DNA of 38,836 nucleotides. Origin: Klebsormidium nitens. Lineage: Eukaryota > Plantae > Klebsormidiophyceae. The position numbers were made by a program, and so were the translations under genes. Below, one piece after another: positions 34,291 through 38,836 of this stretch. Numbering within the stretch: the first letter of the stretch is position 1; every line of letters begins with the position of its first letter. The stretch lies in NCBI GenBank assembly GCA_000708835.1, contig DF237685.1, forward strand, positions 1 to 38,836, in the 5' to 3' direction. The notes under the pieces are model-generated. The model made no database searches. It saw only the letters and a list, made by a program, of their open reading frames with translations, and was not told where the DNA came from.

Positions 34291-35091
34291 CAGCGCAGCT
34301 TGGGTGCGCATTCCATCACTGACGAGCACGCATGCTTAGACCAGATTTTGCACGCGCCAACAAGTCTGGCCGATGCCAGGAACTCTACAATTCTCCGGGT
34401 TGACCCGTCAAGACGACGGATTGGAAAGCGGTGTAAAATATGGAGGTTTCAAGTTCTGTCAGTAGTATTAACATAAACTCCTAAGGTCTATTTTAACAGC
34501 CCGGCCGGGATCATTCCAAGTCAGATCTCTCAATTTTGATGAGCATCTTTCGATCAAATATTGCATTTATGATGAATGTACATCACTGCCTCACTGCCTC
34601 CGATCGAGGTGGGTTGCATTGCTTAAGTTATATTCCAGGCCGGTAATATGGTTGCAATGACCGGCCATTCGCGTGCGCATGCGCACACTATATATAGACG
34701 GTTGCATAGGCATGAACGTGTGAGATGAGCTGCACGATTGAAATATATATTGACTCGAGCGTATTCTTACCGATCTTTTGGCGGCAGGCGCAATATTGCT
34801 CGTCGTGGAGAACATGAGGCGGCAATTCAATATAGTAATATCAGCGACTCATGTGCATAATGAACATGAGTGTAAAAACCAACGTACGGTCACAATGATG
34901 GCCGACAATCAATCGACAGTTGACTGATTCTATAAGCCGGGCTGGTGCACATTTAGAGGTCACTTTCGCAACAGGCCATCTACTTGACAGTATGAGCAAG
35001 AAATATGCTTACAATGTGCAGTCAAAAACGTCGCTCGTGCCGCGCGGTTTATAGCAACCCAGGAGTTCACCATGCAAAACGCATATGCCTC

Positions 35092-38000
35092 TTACTTCCT
35101 CACGTACCCAAAGTACTGCACCATGGGGACGACAAACGCAATGATCAAGAGCCCCACGACCACGGTGGTGAACTGCCCCCGCTTGTCGCTGGTCTCCTCC
35201 TTGGTCTTGAAGTTGGACACCCTCTTCGTGTCGGCCACCTGGGGTGCGCCCGGGTCGGGCAGCTTCTTGATGGCGGCCATTAGCCGCTTCACGGAGCTGA
35301 GCGTGGCCTCATTGTACTTCTCGTCGGTCGCCAAAACTGCAGAGAAAGGTACAGACTTGTCAGAGATCTCAAGCTTGCGCATTGTTGCACTTGGTGAGTG
35401 ACTATCAAATTGCATCCGCACTTTGGTCTTAAGTCGGACACGGTTTGTGTTTTCAGATCGTGTGGCGACATGCGCACATGTCTTGCGGTCAGGACTGCGT
35501 CCTGTAATGCGGTCAGGACTGCGTCCTGTAACCAAGTGATAGTACCGAGGATGGATGAGCAAAGGGACTTTTGGAGCGACGGTCGCTTAAAGATCCTCAA
35601 ATAATGATCGAAAAGAAAGAGCCTGACCACTGTGGGTCCTTGCCAAGCTGTCACCAATCGTCGTTTGCAAGTGAGCCACAGCGCCGAAGGAAAACTTGCT
35701 GGCTTTTGTTTACGGGAACTGAGACAGTTGTCAACTGAAAAGGATGACAAACAACTCTTATTGTGCTCAAGCAACTCGTTTGCAGACACCCTTGGTGGAC
35801 TTCAGGCGGCCAAAAAAGACAGGTGTAAAAGACATGCTTCCGAAGTTCACAGATACTCAAACAAAAATAAGGTCGAGTGCAAGTAGGTCGGGACTGTATT
35901 GGATTCTCAAATGAGTGCCCTTGCAACTGCTTCGAGTCGCCGTAATGACGAGTCTCTACATCCTACTTGATGTGAGGAGATTCGAAAATATTCAAAAGCC
36001 GCTAAAATTGGTGCCAAATGATCCAAACACGACGACTGTGTCCTTTGCGATCTTGCTTCGCAACTGTCGCCACACGCTAGTCTGTTTCTAAGATCTTCAC
36101 AGCATCTGCCCCTCTCAGAGAGATGGGGGTAAGATCACAGACCATTTTTCGGAGATGAAGATAAGTTTAGAATCAGGAAGTTAAGAGCCATTGGAGCCAT
36201 TTGGAGTCTGGTTCTGCTTGGAACTGTTTCTATGGTGAGATTGTTCGCCCTCATTCAAGGTTCCCATATGGCGGTTGTCGACAGTCTGCAAACTTTAATG
36301 CAGGTTGGTCACCTAAGTCGAGGTCCAAATTGGCCCACTATGCGATGCTACAGATGCAGCTCACTCAACGCAGAAGTTCTGCGTACCAAGGCTCTTTTCG
36401 GCGATTGGCTCCAATAGGATACAGATTCAGGGGCCATGACAAAAGCAAAATTGTTCAAAACCGAATTATCTGAAGATCCAAAGAGAAACGTCGTAGCAGA
36501 GACAATGGACACACCCGTGGCAAGGGTTGCAGTTGACTTGACCCTGGTATCGCAAGAAACAAGTCTTAGCCAAGTAACATACAGAAAGTAAGTGTCGACA
36601 CTCACTTGGGAGGGACTCGGTAGCGATGCTCTCCAGGACGGTTTCGCCAACCGCAGCGTTGAAGGCGGGTCCGCCAGCGACGGCGCCCTCCTTAGCGGTG
36701 GTGATCAGCACAACGACGCCCTTCTTGTCGCCCTCTTCCAGAGTGGGGTACCACTTCTCGAGCAGGTTGTCAGCATACTCAAACACATCGCCGCGGGACT
36801 GCAGCAGGATAGAAGGAACAAAAGGGCTGAGTCAGCAACTACAAGTGTCCTGTTGGGAGCAATTCCATTCCACTCTACTTTCAGAGGGGTTACTCAGTAC
36901 TTTCCCTCGTTCGTTCATATAATCTGAATGCGAGAAAACGGCCGGCAGTCTCCATAGACTTCTGTGAACAGCGTTGATGAACGAGCCACACTTTGCGGCT
37001 AGGAAACTGTTGGATTCTGGCAATTCTTTCAATCCTATAAATGTTGGATCCTGGCTCAAACTTCGTTCTGCCCTGAATCTCTGTGAACTTTGGCCGTCTG
37101 GAAGTCAAGTACAAGCGTGAAATCGGAAGGGTCCCGCGAGGGCGACGCTTCTGTCCTGATCTTCATACAACCGTGTCTTGAGCGATTCAGTGGCCTCAAT
37201 ACTAAGAAGCACCGTGGCATGTGGCTTGGATGTTTAGAAGGCTTCACAAAGTAAGTTTTCATGTTTGCTCAATGAACAACAAAAGGAAACTAGCTACTCT
37301 GAATGGTCCGTTTGAGTTGGCCTGTATGACTGAGCCCAGACACCAGCTAACCAGTACATTATTGAGATTAGAGAAGGATGGTGAAAATATCTGTTGCAAT
37401 CTCATGTTGCTGAGATCATTCTGCCACTTCTCAATGCCTGTGCTCTTGAAATACAAAGAAAGGGTCAGCAAATGCACATCACGACCGGAAGGGGTTCTGA
37501 AGTCCACCTTCGGCTATCCAACAGGTTACGGATTGGCTGCACATGGCCGCTTCAGTTGCTTAAGAAGTTGCATTCAGAATGTCAGGAGCAGGTTCTGTGG
37601 CAAGGTAGTGTCTTCCTTTTAAAGTAAAGTGTGCACTCAGATGGATTCTTTGCACTCAAATGAATTACTCGACACACATGGAGAATAATATTGCCAGCAA
37701 TGTGAGCCTCACGCGACGCTTGTGATTCCTGAGGTGTTCCAATCTCAAGGCTGCCTGGCATATTACATTTTGTCTGCTGCTTCTGTGACTCTGCCTTCAG
37801 AGCGAGCCTTCTTTGAGGCTTACATTTGACGGCACTATATAATCTCTGGACAAGCCAAGAATTAAAAAGGCGCTACTAAACCATAATGGACCAGCGCACC
37901 AAGTGAAAAGCACAGTACAATATTCCTTGAAAAATACCACAACTCTCCGACAACCTGGACTTGCAAAAGCTGCCTTCCTCACAGTATCAACGTCTGTCCT

Positions 38001-38576
38001 CGTCAGAACAGTATTACACCACATAAACCACAGCCTCCTTGCGCTCTTGCCTCTTAAGAATATCTGCGCACGTCAGGGTCTCTATCTGTCCGAAACATAT
38101 GATCTGTTTCTTGAAAGCAGACCGTGCTTGCTCACCTGGAGTTTTCTGGTGGTCACCACATCAATGTGGTACCCGTACTCCTTCTCAAACTGTGTCAGTT
38201 CCCTGGTCAGCTCTCCCTTGGAGATCCTGCTGAGCACCCCCGCATCATCCACAAAGTGCTTTTCTGTCGGCGCAGGCTCTCGCAACACGTCAAAGTCGCT
38301 CGCATTTGCAACGCCGGAGAACTGCAGAGCTGCAGACAATGCCACTGCGGCTGCTGCATTCTTCCAACCCTTCTTGTTCCCTTCCTCCTCCTTTCTAAGA
38401 GCTGACGCTGTGACTTGTTTTTTGCAGCATTGGGAGTTTCTGCGCACAGGCAATGTGGGCCTGACGCCAACAAAACCGGAGCTAGTGGATGCCGTTGAGG
38501 CGTTGCTTTGCCTGTTCAGCACAGTGCAACCCGGGGTCAGCTGGGAGACGGCCTGCATTGTGGCAAGAGAAGCCAT
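35092..38576 (-). CDS. TLP18.3: Thylakoid lumen protein TLP18.3 (TPM domain, PSII repair-associated), 292 aa with transit peptide
   Basis: Exons 38576-38136, 36798-36606, 35336-35092. Motifs VDDAGVLSR, FEYADNLLEKWYP, GGPAF, LATDEKYNEA, SNFKTKEET..KRGQF..FVVPMVQYF match the plant TLP18.3 family as I recall it. Confidence 0.92.
35484..35531. repeat. Perfect 24-bp tandem duplication in a TLP18.3 intron
   Basis: TGCGGTCAGGACTGCGTCCTGTAA x2. Confidence 0.95.
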
Positions 38577-38836
38577 AGCGCCAGCTTTCAAAGCGTGCTG
38601 TTCAAAGCTGGCTGCTGGATGCGTGAAATGTCTGCTCAGCACCAATGCAGTGATCCAGCTCCATAAAGGAATCCACGTACAAGCAATAGGCTTGCGACAC
38701 GTGTTGGGTTGCCAGTCGGGTTAAGGTTATATTTCGATCCGGTTACCACAATATCTTTGCACAAAACCTGCTTGAGATTTCACCCCAGTCTCGTTTTACC
38801 GGCGCTAGCTAATACCGTATTGGCTTGCCTCTTCCC

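Noticed and set aside
1-38836. tRNA, rRNA or other structured ncRNA genes
   Set aside because: None recognised by eye. A tRNAscan-SE/Infernal run would be needed to exclude them.

Overview
Intron-rich eukaryotic nuclear DNA. A streptophyte green alga such as Klebsormidium is inferred from the plant-type TLP18.3 and GUCD1 genes and the GT-AG introns; this is not proven. There are three zones. (1) About 1-6.7 kb: an apparently intact, spliced KDZ (Kyakuja-Dileera-Zisupton) class transposase gene on the minus strand. All four of its long introns carry copies of one ~52-bp palindromic motif, and a fold-back lies past the stop codon. (2) About 7.2-26.9 kb: four paralogous genes encoding an unnamed helical (ARM-like) N-terminal domain plus a C-terminal MYND zinc finger split by an intron. 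One copy is intact and one is frameshifted near its start. The other two were broken by two adjacent inversions plus a deletion, and their pieces can be rejoined in frame. In two copies the intron inside the MYND finger holds arrays of decayed copies of the exon/5'-splice junction. (3) About 27.6-38.8 kb: ordinary housekeeping genes (NAA38/LSMD1-like, GUCD1-like, TLP18.3). All exon models were derived by hand from splice motifs and phase consistency and need RNA-seq confirmation.
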